DNA of 54,085 nt, the filler included, from Squatina squatina (lineage: Eukaryota): assembly GCA_031763465.1 (NCBI GenBank). It is 3 parts of 3 records of this genome, joined end to end, with 100 filler letters (N's around TTAATTAATTAA, not from the genome) between each part and the next. Parts side by side here need not be neighbours in the genome. Positions count along the whole stretch, not along the records: positions 1 to 13,860 come from JARFOE010000192.1; 2 more parts are not named here. The stretch is one strand, 5' to 3'. The position numbers and the translations under genes were made by a program. The notes under the pieces are model-generated. The model ran no database searches, was not told the origin of the DNA, and saw only the letters and a list, made by a program, of their open reading frames with translations. Below, one piece after another: positions 1-12,900 of this stretch. Each line of letters starts with the position of its first letter. The first letter of the stretch is position 1.

Positions 1-32
1 CTACTCCTGCTCCTATTTCTTATGTTCTTATG
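1..32 (+). mobile_element. 3' tail of CR1-clade LINE/SINE (HER1/HE1-type)
   Basis: CTACTCCTGCTCCTATTTCTTATGTTCTTATG, the same tail type as 23140-23216, 43981ff and 53037ff. Confidence 0.75.
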
Positions 33-914
33 CGCTGTTTCTAGCTTCCTTGCAATAACCTACTTTATTTCTATAGATACTGTTTCGAGAGGTTACCAGA
101 GAGGGTCCATGATAGTGACAATGAAGTAACAACTGTGCTGTGTATTAATGTAAATATATTATGTGCACTAATATTAACCAGGCACCTTCACATGTACTTT
201 TGTATCTTGCAAATGTAGCTGAGGTGTCAAGATATTTGAATGAAATATATGAGCTATTCTGTGTTTTATATAACTAATGTTCTCATGTTGATTGCATTTT
301 TAAAATAATGTATAAAGCATTGGCAAAATACTCTTATAATTTGTTGAATTAATTTAATATACAAATTAATAAATCCTGCAGCTCAAAAGCACACTGTTTG
401 AACCTTGGGTGATGATCACTCATTACATGCAACCCCTCTTTCCGATATGAGTTACATTTGGTGTTGAAACCAAATTAAGAAGCTTTTATATTGAAGGTAC
501 TTACTTTCTTATGAATTCAGGTTTTCCACTAAGACTAGTCTCACTATGATTCAAATGAATATTAACACCATCCTTTCATGTGGAACATTATGTTTGCAGC
601 CGACTTGCTTTCTCCTCTAGCCTGAGGCATCTCAGCTGCTGACTGTGCTATTTCTTGTCATGAACATTTATTTTATGTTTGTTTAGTCTTTTGGGGGTCT
701 TTTAATACTCGTTGATGCACTTACCTACAGTACAGCTTATCCTATACCTAGTTCCTATCTAAAATCTGCCAGAGGCAACCCAAAGTCTATTAAGCCGATT
801 CATTTTTAATGAAANNNNNNNNNNNNNNNNNNNNNNNNNNNNNNNNNNNNNNNNNNNNNNNNNNNNNNNNNNNNNNNNNNNNNNNNNNNNNNNNNNNNNN
901 NNNNNNNNNNNNNN

Positions 915-990
915 CTTAGGGAAACTTAGGGTGGGCAATAAATGCAGTCTTCTCAGCGTTGCCTACATCCCAAAGAGAAATAAGAAAAAA
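915..990 (+). mobile_element. 3' end of a second CR1-like LINE family
   Basis: GGGTGGGCAATAAATGCAGTCTTCTCAGCGTTGCCTACATCCCAAAGAGAAATAAGAAAAAAA matches the reverse complement of 38200-38265 and 51545-51600. Confidence 0.65.
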
Positions 991-3900
991 AGAAAAAAGC
1001 CATCATCATTCAAAAGTAACAACCAAACAAAACCTAGTTCCACGAGCAGAGCACCTTAAGAGTTCGGACTATTCCTACAGGTCACATCTTTGGAACATTA
1101 AAGACTATTCACTGTATAAACACTGCGCACATAGAAGTGGTTCTACAGTGTCCCTAGACTAAAACTAAGAGAAATTCAATTAGCTTTTGGCTAGCCTGCA
1201 AAGGTTGCCCCTAATGATAGTCAGATATCCATGTGACAACTGTACATAGCTGAAGCTTTGCCTAACTATCCCACTGATTTTAATCCAGGTGGGTAACAAT
1301 AATGCAGAGTCTAAGCAAGGGGTTGTTTGGAATTTCTATGTCTTTTTTTTGAAAAAGTAGGATTGATTATTTGAAAAATCTGTTGTAAACACTCTAGAAT
1401 AACTGAAACAAGGAAATGCTGTCTGGCGTAGTTTTTGAATTAAAGGGTTTTTTTGCAGATTAACTGAATAATGTCTTCGACACTACTTGAAACTTAATTT
1501 TACTTCAACTTTTCAGTTTCTTTTATTTCTACATTAATGGTATTTTTGGAATAACTAAAAAAAAAAGCAAATGTAACTGTCACATTTTCTTCATAAAGCA
1601 AAAAGAAAATGACTGCCGGGATCTTTTGAAAACTCTTCGTGGTTTTGCTTCAAATTAAATGACAAAATTCAAAAGCAGAATGGTCATTTTAAAGAGGTAC
1701 TGTCTTCCTGAAAGAAGGTATGCAGTGAATCTGTCATTGTACGTTTAGAAATGATACGCAGTGTAAGTCACACTGGAATCTATTATTGTGTCACCTGAAC
1801 ATTATATCATTGTAATGAAAATGGCTCTTCACCCTCCCCAAGCAAAAAGAAGCTTGCAGACCATATTTTAAGGAAACAGCATCATTTGAATCTATACTGA
1901 AATCTTTTCAGCAGACTGTCACCATCTGCTGTGGTTTTAACATATATATTGATTTAAAGCTGCCGGTCTAATAAGATGCCATTAAAAAGATGTGTTGTTA
2001 TTTATGACTGACAAAATAATGGCGAGTGCTGCAGAGATTCCAGAGACTGTTGCGCACTGCTCAGAACCCACCACACGAGTGCGCTATGAATTCCACTGGG
2101 GAAGCTTAAAACAGTAAAGGTTAATGACAGATGAGCTCTGTGAGGATCACGCTACACTAGGGAAGGGGGAGAGCAGAAGATTTAGTGTCTAATATTTCTG
2201 GGAAAATGTAAGGGTGGAGCAAACCAGTCTGCTGGGAGATGGAATTGTTTATGTGGACAAGAGGTTAGACAAAGACAAAATGGTTGAGGAACTAATGGAG
2301 TGGGAAGAGAAGATGCCGTTTAAAAGGTCCCCTCGGTGGTGGGTGTTCAACATGAGCAGCAAATCTGTCAAATCTTCAGTTAAACAGACCAAGAATCCCA
2401 ACAAAGTAACACATCTGTCAATACAGACACCTTTCTTAATAACCTTGCACACGACCATTATATATGTTATTTCTCAAGTCATTATATATCCTATTTCTCA
2501 AGTAAGGTTTTGATACATGTCAGATGTTACAGGGATAACAGGGACTATTTATATAAAAGCATTGTAATATCTTGGTAATNNNNNNNNNNNNNNNNNNNNN
2601 NNNNNNNNNNNNNNNNNNNNNNNNNNNNNNNNNNNNNNNNNNNNNNNNNNNNNNNNNNNNNNNNNNNNNNNNNNNNNNNTAAGTCTTTCTTTTCTTTTGA
2701 ATTCAATCAGGATGCACAATCGATTGAAAAAATGTTTAAATGATACAATAACATAGGGATAGAAATGTCTCTATATTTGAGTCGTACACTATCCACCACT
2801 CTAAAACATGAGAACATAAGAACACAAATAACAAGAAGAGGCTTGTCTAGCCAGAATAGGAAGATCCAAATATATACAAAATATATATGGTTCGCTGTTT
2901 TGCCACTGTTTGCCATTTGCTATTGGGATCAAATTTAAACAGCTGCTGACCAGGCTGTTGGATAGAGAGATATGCAGCTATGTGAAGAATCTCTATCTGA
3001 GGAATGAAGGGGAAAAGTGTGGCATAGTTGAGTCACCCATATAGAAGAGAATGATCATAGTCTGGTAATGACAACTGTTAGAGAGTAGTCTGTGACTTGG
3101 ACAGCCAAAAGACATTGTGAAGGGTTTCATTTCTAATTAATGTATCTCTCACTCACACAGTTCTCTCTCCCTCACATACAGATCAAAACTGTACATCTAG
3201 TGTGCATTTCCTGTCTGTCACACATTGCCTAATGTAAGCTTCTTTGCCACACTTAAAGAAAAGAAACAAAGGCAGTAATTTGCAATGTATNNNNNNNNNN
3301 NNNNNNNNNNNNNNNNNNNNNNNNNNNNNNNNNNNNNNNNNNNNNNNNNNNNNNNNNNNNNNNNNNNNNNNNNNNNNNNNNNNNNNNNNNCCTCAGGACC
3401 TTGAGCTTTGTGTAAAATATACACCAGCTGAATGTTTGATTCAAACTATGATGCGCATATAATCTATGATGTGCATATATTAAGACTGTGTACTGCAGTG
3501 CAGTTGAAAGGGAAGTTCAGCTAATTTGTCTTCAAATGTAATCCTGATATAATTTTTTATAAATCCTAACACATGGCTAATTAGACTAAATTATGTTTGT
3601 ACTGGGAAACACTTACACTTCCGATGGTGGATAACAATTTCATGCAATTAACACTTGCACTGTTATTACATGCTTATTATGCCAGCATATAGAAAGAATT
3701 CCAGCTAATGAATGGAAACTTTAAAACGCAGCTTCAGCTGGGAATACCATAAATCGTCTTCTAATGTAAACAACATGATAACAGATCAAGTCCAGCCTGG
3801 CAGCCCCAGTGGATTTTCATTGAGGAGTGATTGATGTGAAAAAAGCTGGAGCTGCAGTGATCCTGCATCAGTCACAGTTCTCTGCTGGCTCTGGAGCTGA

Positions 3901-5883
3901 CCCTGTTAGCACAGACTGACTCAGATCATTTGTCTCAGTGGCACAGAGGGATTTCAGAACAGCTGTGTATCACTCCATTGCACTGACTGCACTGCTTGTA
4001 CTATGTGTATTTCTTCTAGGTGGTAGATACACAGAATATACAAATTAGGGCTGCCACGTTAAGAGAAAATGTACCTTCAGCTGTCATGACTAAATTCTTA
4101 CCGTAAATATGATTTAGAATTCCTTCTNNNNNNNNNNNNNNNNNNNNNNNNNNNNNNNNNNNNNNNNNNNNNNNNNNNNNNNNNNNNNNNNNNNNNNNNN
4201 NNNNNNNNNNNNNNNNNNNNNNNNNNNNNNNNNNNNNNNNNNNNNNNNNNNNNNNNNNNNNNNNNNNNNNNNNNNNNNNNNNNNNNNNNNNNNNNNNNNN
4301 NNNNNNNNNNNNNNNNNNNNNNNNNNNNNNNNNNNNNNNNNNNNNNNNNNNNNNNNNNNNNNNNNNNNNNNNNNNNNNNNNNNNNNNNNNNNNNNNNNNN
4401 NNNNNNNNNNNNNNNNNNNNNNNNNNNNNNNNNNNNNNNNNNNNNNNNNNNNNNNNNNNNNNNNNNNNNNNNNNNNNNNNNNNNNNNNNNNGCATTTAAC
4501 CAAGAGCCAGCACAGCAGAATTTCAAGGTTCTGTCATCCAGCTTTTCAGCGTCGTAGTCTCCTACTCAAATTGTTCAGAACAATTGTTAATACGCTGCTG
4601 GCTTCCTGTTATTCAATATAAGATTGAAATATAATTTGTAACTGGCAGTTAATTTTCCTTTTCAATCCTGCATTTAAGAAATACATTTTCTGATTCTACA
4701 TGTAAGGAATATATATTGTGTGCATGTGTGTGCTCTAACGGGGGAACTCAGGATTGGTTAGATAACTGAAGGACAAGGTTATAGGTCCACCACTTCAATT
4801 AAGTGGACTACCTTCTAAACTTCACTACCGTACGTGCATGCAAAAGGATTTGTTACCATTTTGATCATCTCTTCAAATATTGAAGAGAAACACCCCTTTA
4901 TTGAGGAAACTATGTTTTTGAAAATAGCGCTGTCTCTCATGAGGGTTTCCTAACTAATGCTTCGTTATCCTCAATCAAAATTGAAAAGCTTGTTTGGAAG
5001 CCATCAGAATGCAGGATTTTCCATAGGTATGATTGAACTATGAATATTAACACGGAGACCAATATAAAAGTCTGGGAACAATATAAAAGTCTGATATCAT
5101 TAGTATTCATTTTTATGAACTCAGGCTTCAGATACAGTTACACATTTGCATTATATTGTGATTGTGATGTGCATAGGGATATTCTACTATGACGCTGAAG
5201 GATCGTCAATCAGTTCTACATTTATAATGCAGTTACCACGAATTTGCAATCTGTAGGGTTGTTTTTTTTTNNNNNNNNNNNNNNNNNNNNNNNNNNNNNN
5301 NNNNNNNNNNNNNNNNNNNNNNNNNNNNNNNNNNNNNNNNNNNNNNNNNNNNNNNNNNNNNNNNNNNNNNGCTGAATATGAATAGCTTCCTTTAAAGCTT
5401 CTTAAACATTTTCCATGTTATTCCAACTAGTCTCTAATACTTCATGCCTCATTCCTTTACTTTAATATTGGATAACATTTGCTATCCTTCAGTCCTCAGG
5501 TACAACTACTGTATTTATGGAGCTACAAAATGTGTTAAGCAGAGTATTGCCTAGTACCCATCTCATTTCTTTAAGCATTCCAGGTATATGCCATTACATT
5601 AAGACTGATCACGATTCATGCTATACTCCATATTTTAGTAGATTCCCAAGCCAAAGAGCTGAATTTGGAATTAAAAAAAAAAAAATTAAACAGCCCTTCC
5701 CTTTATAATATTTCCACCTAACGTATCTTTTAATTGATATGTTCGGCCTAGTGTCATCCATAGCCAATTAGGTTGACTCTCTGGCCTCTGTATGCACAGG
5801 TATAACCTCAAGGTTCTGTTTGAATGCCAGCCAAGTTGGCCAATCTGTAACATGGCTTTGGAGTGCTGCAAACCTGCCTGGTT

Positions 5884-5949
5884 GATCTCATTGAATGATG
5901 GAACAGGCTAGAGGGGCTCAATGGCCTACTCCTGTTCCTATGGTTCATA
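5884..5949 (+). mobile_element. CR1-clade 3' tail (diverged)
   Basis: GATCTCATTGAATGATGGAACAGGCTAGAGGGGCTCAATGGCCTACTCCTGTTCCTATG. Confidence 0.75.
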
Positions 5950-6184
5950 GAATGGTATACTAAGGCTTGGTTCCAATCTTTCATCATCAGATGTGTCATT
6001 TTAGAACTAACCCAACATGTTAGAGACACATAACTTCTCCCCCCCACCACCACCCAAAGGAGCATAGGCATTAATTGGCTGTTTGATCGAAGGTCTGCAT
6101 GGGTCTTTGCTTCTTTATCATCCACACCCCTTCAGCATTTTTCTTATGAGGTATACTCCCAATTCCTGGTTTTTCCCTTTGAAA

Positions 6185-6410
6185 ATATTACCTCACACTT
6201 TCCCACATTAAATTGCATCTGCCACTTGTTTGCCTATTCCACTAACCTCTCTTGGTTATCCTGAAAACTTCCACAGTCCTCCTTGCCATTTGACAAACCC
6301 TTTTTCCTATCAGCAAACATCAAGATTGCACTTCCTTTGCCTGAGTCCAAAACATGTATATATACCAAGAATAAAAGTGGAACCTGGGGTACACCACAAC
6401 TAACCCTTCT
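6185..6410 (-). mobile_element. degenerate CR1 reverse-transcriptase fragment
   Basis: The minus strand shows GVPQ-like (GGTGTACCCCAGG), LFLVYI, a FAD motif (TTTGCTGAT) and WQMQFNVGKCEV. Confidence 0.7.
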
Positions 6411-8723
6411 CCAATTTTATCAATAGCAAAGATGTTATTGACTTTGAGAATGTTCCAAAAGCAGGCAAAAGTTATGAGGAGAAAAAGGATTAAATTCAAG
6501 CTGAATTCCCAATCTTTGTTGTATCACAGAGTAGTACTGAGTGCAGTAACTGTCCCCAAGCCCCATGCACACACTTTCGGATGGCTAGTTCAGAATGGCA
6601 GTGGCATAGACAAGGAAGCAGACTCCTTACCCTGCTGGCCACAGTTGTTAAGTCAGCTGGAGAAAAATAGAAAAGGATTCTATCCATATATACATCAAAC
6701 CAACAGACACCAGTGAACACTTGGAATAAAGCAACTGATCGCTGGAAAATCCAACCTAACAGACAAATGGGAACCATGTCACAATAAACATTTACTGATT
6801 AAAATATTGTTAACACATGTTCAGGGAATTTTGAACATTCATTCCAATGAACAGTAAGATGGTTTCATGAAACATGCAAATTATTCAGTAATTTTTAAAA
6901 AATGACAAATGTATTTGGGATATCTTTGTACAAGAATCATCTAATCACAAACCCATGATTTCAAAGTTACAAATTAGCCAAAAAGTTGAGTAATGCACAT
7001 AATACGACGTCTGTAGATCTCTGGAACAGAATTAATACACAGCAGTGAAGTCACAACTTCCGACAGTTTGTTGATGCATTTTATTGTGAGATGGGGAGTC
7101 TGGTATAAAACTAGAAAATGACTATCATGTAACTAGGCAATTAAAAAAAAACTTCTGGTTTGTAGAGGAATACTAAAACAAATTGGCACAAAGCAAAAAA
7201 TGTTATGTTGTTCCCAACACTGCGCATGACTTTGTAATTTGGCTCATTGAGGACAGTAATACAGTTTCATGGTTACACAGTAATCTCAAACAAAACTGCA
7301 AAAATACCATGCTGTATAACATTATATTTGAAATTCAGAAGCCCAATGTATTAAAAGTGAGACAGCAATGATGCAGAGCTGGGAGATTGTGACAGGATTC
7401 CAGTCAGACTGGTATCGGGTTAGCTTGTTAGACAGAATAATAGCAGTGATAACAATACCATAATCTCATTGAGGTGTTTAGATGATGCATGAAGCTTTTC
7501 GGAACCCTATGTAATTATTGTCTTGAAATTGCCTGTTTACCTTCACTTTGTATATATGCAGTGGAATTAAAGGGCAGCTTTTAGATTTTACTGTATTTAA
7601 TTTTCTGGTGGGTTCGGCAGCATTTATCAATGACCAGTTAATGTACAATATTATAAATAGTTAATAATTGTGATGTAATCATTTCAAGTTTATTGATTGA
7701 TTATCTGTAGTTGATTATCAGGATATGACAGCTAGGATATATTATGTAAGCTTAACTGCGGGNNNNNNNNNNNNNNNNNNNNNNNNNNNNNNNNNNNNNN
7801 NNNNNNNNNNNNNNNNNNNNNNNNNNNNNNNNNNNNNNNNNNNNNNNNNNNNNNNNNNNNNNAGTAAGTAGGGTCTTAATACTGCCAGGTTCAAGGACAT
7901 ACAGTACAAAATTTGCACAAACGTAGGAAACTAAAAAGTTATCATAATTTGAATTAAAATAATACTGAAATAAAATCAGCTAACACTGTTAATAACTTGC
8001 ACCAAAGCTAAGGGCTGGTTAGAGCCACATTTCCATAATAATGTTTTGTAAATGGCACTTGCAGCACACAGGTCTTGCATAAGGCCAGGGTGATACAAAG
8101 CTCCATACCATAATCCTCACTTACCTACTTAACACTCATCATTCTAAAACACTGACTTCTCTTCTCTCCAACACTAATACTGTTAGTTCTTACTTTGAAG
8201 ACTTGGCAACAGAACGCTATACATCTAACTNNNNNNNNNNCTAGTAGCTGCTTTAAGGCTAACATTATGCTTCAAATGAATTTACACTCTAAAATAAGGT
8301 CAACTAATGTTATCAATAACTACCTTCTAGTGCGATACTGATAAAGGTAGACAATAATACTTAAGAGTATGTTAGATACAAGTATAAAGGGAATTCTGTA
8401 GTGCAGAAATTTTCACATCCTTTCAAACCAATGAAATGTTGAGATTCAGCAATGGAGTAGAGAGTTGTAGTACTATAAATCTACAATTGATACTTTCATT
8501 TGCAATAGAAATTTTCATAGAAATCTCTCCCAGCTGTACAGTGTTGAAGTTAATGGGATACATGAATGGCAAAATGAAGATCNNNNNNNNNNNNNNNNNN
8601 NNNNNNNNNNNNNNNNNNNNNNNNNNNNNNNNNNNNNNNNNNNNNNNNNNNNNNNNNNNNNNNNNNNNNNNNNNNNNNNNNNCACAAATGGCACAATGTA
8701 CAATACATGGACATTTTTCTTAC

Positions 8724-8907
8724 CTGTGTGCTCATACTTATGTCTCAGGAGAGAGCTGCTTTTCTGAAATATTTTATCACACAAATCACAGGCATACATT
8801 CCATTCTCTGTCTTTTTGATTTTCTTACGTGGAGGCGTTGAGTCTGAGTCATTCTGATCGTCTATATTGGGCACACCTCCGGAACTCATCTCTTGTTTTT
8901 CCTCCTT
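8724..8907 (-). CDS. ZEB1: ZEB1 penultimate coding exon (first finger of the C-terminal C2H2 cluster)
   Basis: 184 nt: [61 protein letters not shown](G), close to vertebrate ZEB1. Acceptor TTCCAG| at 8908 and donor G|GTAAGA at 8723. Phase 0 fits the upstream exon across a 257-nt intron (8908-9164). Confidence 0.97.
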
Positions 8908-9164
8908 CTGGAATACAACCACCTCTGTTATGTGCTTTTAGAGAACTAAATCAATACTAAATCAATACAGTGGCACCCTTCTTAATTATTGATTTACCTC
9001 ACAATTCTACTTTGAGGAAAGAGCTTACAAAAGATAGGTCTTCCACTAACTACAAGCATTACAAAGTAGGAAGATTTTCTGTAAACCAACTTTCCTTAAA
9101 AAAAAAACCCAATGCAAACAAGGAGCTTTTACAAATCATAGTCAAATAGGAATAGCATACTTAC

Positions 9165-9941
9165 TGGATGATTTCCATTGGGTTGAGTTGGTTTATGTTG
9201 TGGTTCAGGTCCATTTGAATTGGTTGTTTTGTATGTGTAGGCCANNNNNNNNNNNNNNNNNNNNNNNNNNNNNNNNNNNNNNNNNNNNNNNNNNNNNNNN
9301 NNNNNNNNNNNNNNNNNNNNNNNNNNNNNNNNNNNNNNNNNNNNNNNNNNNNNNNNNNNNNNNNNNNNNNNNNNNNNNNNNNNNNNNNTGGCACTTGTTG
9401 AGTTTCCTTCAATAATACTGTCATTTTCTATTTGTTCTTTCTTTAAACAAGACAAGTTTAAGGGCTCCTCTTGAACATAATGAACACTGCTGTGGTAAAC
9501 ACTGGTTATTGTGGGTCTTTCAAGTCCCTCTTTTTGCTGCCTTGGAAGTGATAGATCAAGAGGTTCTAACTGTAAATCGTCTTGGTTGCTATCTGGTGTG
9601 TTAAGATAGCTTTGTGAATTTCTAGAAGATGCAGAAGAGAGATTCAGTGGTGATGGGGAGGGAGTATTACTCCTTGAAGGATCCGTTGTTGCGTTAAATG
9701 GCCTATTAGTAATTTGAGATTCAGTCAGCTTATCAAGAGCTTCAGAATTTGCTGTGTTGCCCTGTAGATCACGAACAGGTGATGAATCGGCATGACTGAC
9801 AAGTAGTTTTGGTTTGACCTCCTCGTTGCTCGGTGTGGGGGAAGATGGCTGGACTGGAATCTGACCAGTTTGCATTTTCTCAAACCACTTTTTCACTTTT
9901 TCTAATGGTAGGTTTACAGCAACTGAAATCTTTACTAATTC
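9165..9941 (-). CDS. ZEB1: ZEB1 large central exon, partial (homeodomain helix 3 and CtBP-interaction region)
   Basis: ELVKISVAVNLPLEKVKKWFEKMQ (the ZEB1-type KKWFEKM, not ZEB2 KEWFEQ), three PXDLS-like motifs PLNLS/PLDLS/PLNLS, then AYTY...QPNGNHP|GTAAGT. The internal 144-N gap (9245-9388) keeps the frame. The 5' part is lost in the gap at 9942. Confidence 0.96.
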
Positions 9942-12900
9942 NNNNNNNNNNNNNNNNNNNNNNNNNNNNNNNNNNNNNNNNNNNNNNNNNNNNNNNNNNN
10001 NNNNNNNNNNNNNNNNNNNNNNNNNNNNNNNNNNNNNNNNNCCTTCCTCGGACTCTACATTACTGCTCATACTTGACTGGAAGCCAATCTTTCAGCCACT
10101 ATGAACTTCCTCTTTGGAGCTCTCTCTCAAAAGTCTCCTGGAAAGCTGGCCGCCTGTGCCATCAGTTTACCTACCACCTTAATCCATTCCGCCTCCTCTC
10201 CCTCTTGTAAAGTGGTCCAAGATGTCCTAAGCAAGATATGCTGTATAAATGCAAGTTATTTTTATCTTTTCTCTTTCCCATGGAGACCTGCCATTTTCCA
10301 TCTCTCCAGTCTGCAGGGAGCTGCTCAACTGGCATCAGGTATGAACATAAATAAGCAGCTCCATAGGAAATCCCACAGATCAGAATCCTTTCTGACCCCA
10401 ATGCTAATCTGCTGGATTCTCTATACAGTTGTTCGCTGACGCTCCTGTAATTGTCATCAACCGAACAGTTCCCTCAGAGTTGGTACACCCAAGCAGCAGA
10501 TCTCCAGAGGGAAGGAAAAGGGCCTTTTAAACTGGGAGTCATCTTTTACAAGGTTAGCACTTTAACTATTTATTAATCTTACTTGAAGTCAGTGGTGGTG
10601 GGAGAAGGAATCTTTGGACCAAAAGTAGTTTTTCCTATACCTTCTATTTCCTTCACCCAATTAGGAATTTTAACAAGGAGGAGTTGAAACCTTCTACTCT
10701 GTGCAAGTTATACAAAGGCAACAGTCAGTAAAGGCAACAGTTAGTATTATGCAAAGAGAATATTCAATGAAAGCCGTGACTTGCAAAATTAACTTAACTC
10801 AGAAGACTTTGATAGCTCAATTAAGACTAATTTGGCATGAGGTATTAGATTCTTCCACAGAATTCTGTATTCCATAGCACACAACTAAAAAGCAACCTAC
10901 AATTTGCTGTTCTGGTGCATTTTCTTATGGAAGGTGATGGTTAGGCACAAATTCATTTAGTTATTAGCAAAGGTTGCACGGAATTTAACTTTGAGATTTA
11001 TATGTATTAAAAAAATCTACACTATTATTGCAATTGTTTTTCAGTTACAACCGGCTGTTACAGTCATATTATTTCCTAAAATACATTGTTCGGTGTGGTT
11101 TGCGGACTGGATTTGGTGAATGTCATTAATATTTAGTTGCACTATGTGACTGCTGATGTTCCCTGTAAGCTGAGCTTTGTTCTACGCGCCTTATTTCTTT
11201 TACTGCACGGACCCTTTAAGTTTCTGCACACGTGCGGTATTTACAANNNNNNNNNNNNNNNNNNNNNNNNNNNNNNNNNNNNNNNNNNNNNNNNNNNNNN
11301 NNNNNNNNNNNNNNNNNNNNNNNNNNNNNNNNNNNNNNNNNNNNNNAGCTGTGGGAAGAATGCAGTGATAGAAATGTTTTAAGAGTTAGGATTGGATGCA
11401 AGGAAAAGGTCTTCAAGATTCGATGAATTCCTGGGCCAATCAGGGATGTAAGTCGACTGACTGAGTTAAGGTCATTCAAAATAGCAAAAGGACTCAGTAA
11501 TAGTATTGTCTTAGTCAGAGGAGAAGTAGATGAGGTGATAGTGAATACTGAAAATTATGAAAAATATCAAGAGTGTAAGTTAGAGTAGGTACATTCAATT
11601 TTGCTCCATAAAAGATATGGAGAATTGAATGTTATGAGAATGAGAGGCTGAAGATAAATTTATTGAGATGAGACATATATATTTTTAGCCAATAGAAATC
11701 AAAGTCAGGTGATTCAAGAGAGCCTGGACGAGTAGCAGGAACAATGTATAACTAACCACACGCACATGAGAAACATTAGATGAGGGTCAGATGACGAGAG
11801 AGGGAAAATGGCAGAACTGAGATAGGAGGAAATGGCAAGAACATTGGAAGTCCAAGTTAAATTAGTAAGAGGAGTCAATAGGTCGCATTTAACATATTGT
11901 TCATGATGTTAATAGAGAGAAGCAAAAGCAAGAGTAAGGGACCATCACTGGTGCAATGAAGAGAAGCTGGCAGAACTCATGCTGTGTCAGCTAACTTCAG
12001 CACTGATGGTGCCCCCAGCCAATAATGCACAGTAAAAAGACACTCACAGTTGTAAACTTTCAGTGCAGCCATGACAGGATTTTCACCTGCTAATGGGGCA
12101 ACTTCCCAAAGTACTAAACACACATTCAGGTGGTTAACAAATTAGAGCCACAGATAACCACAGTACTCCCTTAGACAAACCGACTTCAAAAAGGGAATCT
12201 GGTCCAATTTCTGATCCAGCAAAAAGTACAAGGACATCGGCTTGGGAAAAAAAAAAAGAGTACAACAATGATAGTTCAGATCCTGAAACAGAATCTGGTT
12301 TGGTTGTCTCNNNNNNNNNNNNNNNNNNNNNNNNNNNNNNNNNNNNNNNNNNNNNNNNNNNNNNNNNNNNNNNNNNNNNNNNNNNNNNNNNNNNNNNNNN
12401 NNNNNNNNNNAACCTCTCCAGCTCCTCCTCGCTATATCCACCCTGTAGAGATATGTTTCAAATTGATCCGACAATGAGGTCACTTGCAAGGAGGGTCAGG
12501 TCATTATCTGATGTTGGAAAATGGTGACCGCAGCACCCCCTGCCAGCGCAGGGCCCGGGGCAGTTGCCCCATTCGCCACAACTGCTTCAGTTATATCTTT
12601 GTTACCGACAGTCGATTACCCAACACCTTTTTCAACTCTTCTCAACTGACCACAGTTGGTGTTAAAATCCATCGTCATTATAATGGGAAGTTACAATTGG
12701 GTTGAATTAATGGTAAACAAAAATATAACTGAACATTAAGTGGACTGTGGCTCACCAAGCTGAGGATAGCTTGGTTAAAGTGCAGGGATGAGTAGTTTGT
12801 ACATAGATTCCGAGTTCAAGAAATCCACAATCCAGGTCCTCTGAAGCAGAATCTACAGCTCAAATTCTTAGAGCTGCAGTAAGCAAATCAAGTGACACCA

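Noticed and set aside
2214-2513. 99-aa plus-strand ORF (MEQTSLLGDG...)
   Set aside because: GTG start, no recognisable domain or splice context, and its 3' end runs through a 24-bp tandem duplication (2456-2503).
2531-2543. AGGGATAACAGGG, resembling the I-SceI site / LSU rRNA motif
   Set aside because: Only the 13-bp core matches, and the flanks are neither rRNA nor vector; likely chance.
4000-4106. Plus-strand acceptor TATTTCTTCTAG| followed by VVDTQNIQIRAATLRENVPSAVMTKFLP*
   Set aside because: Short and unrecognised, with no clear donor; cannot be supported as an exon.
5060-5093. CAATATAAAAGTCTG duplicated, TATA-like
   Set aside because: An ordinary local tandem duplication with no promoter context.
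10042-10070. MSSNVESEE as the N-terminus of the 313-aa ZEB1 ORF
   Set aside because: Artefact of reading across a 100-N gap; it does not resemble ZEB1.
12411-12445. Minus-strand acceptor CTCTACAG| then GGYSEEELER or VDIARRSWRG
   Set aside because: Only about 10 codons before a gap; cannot be assigned.
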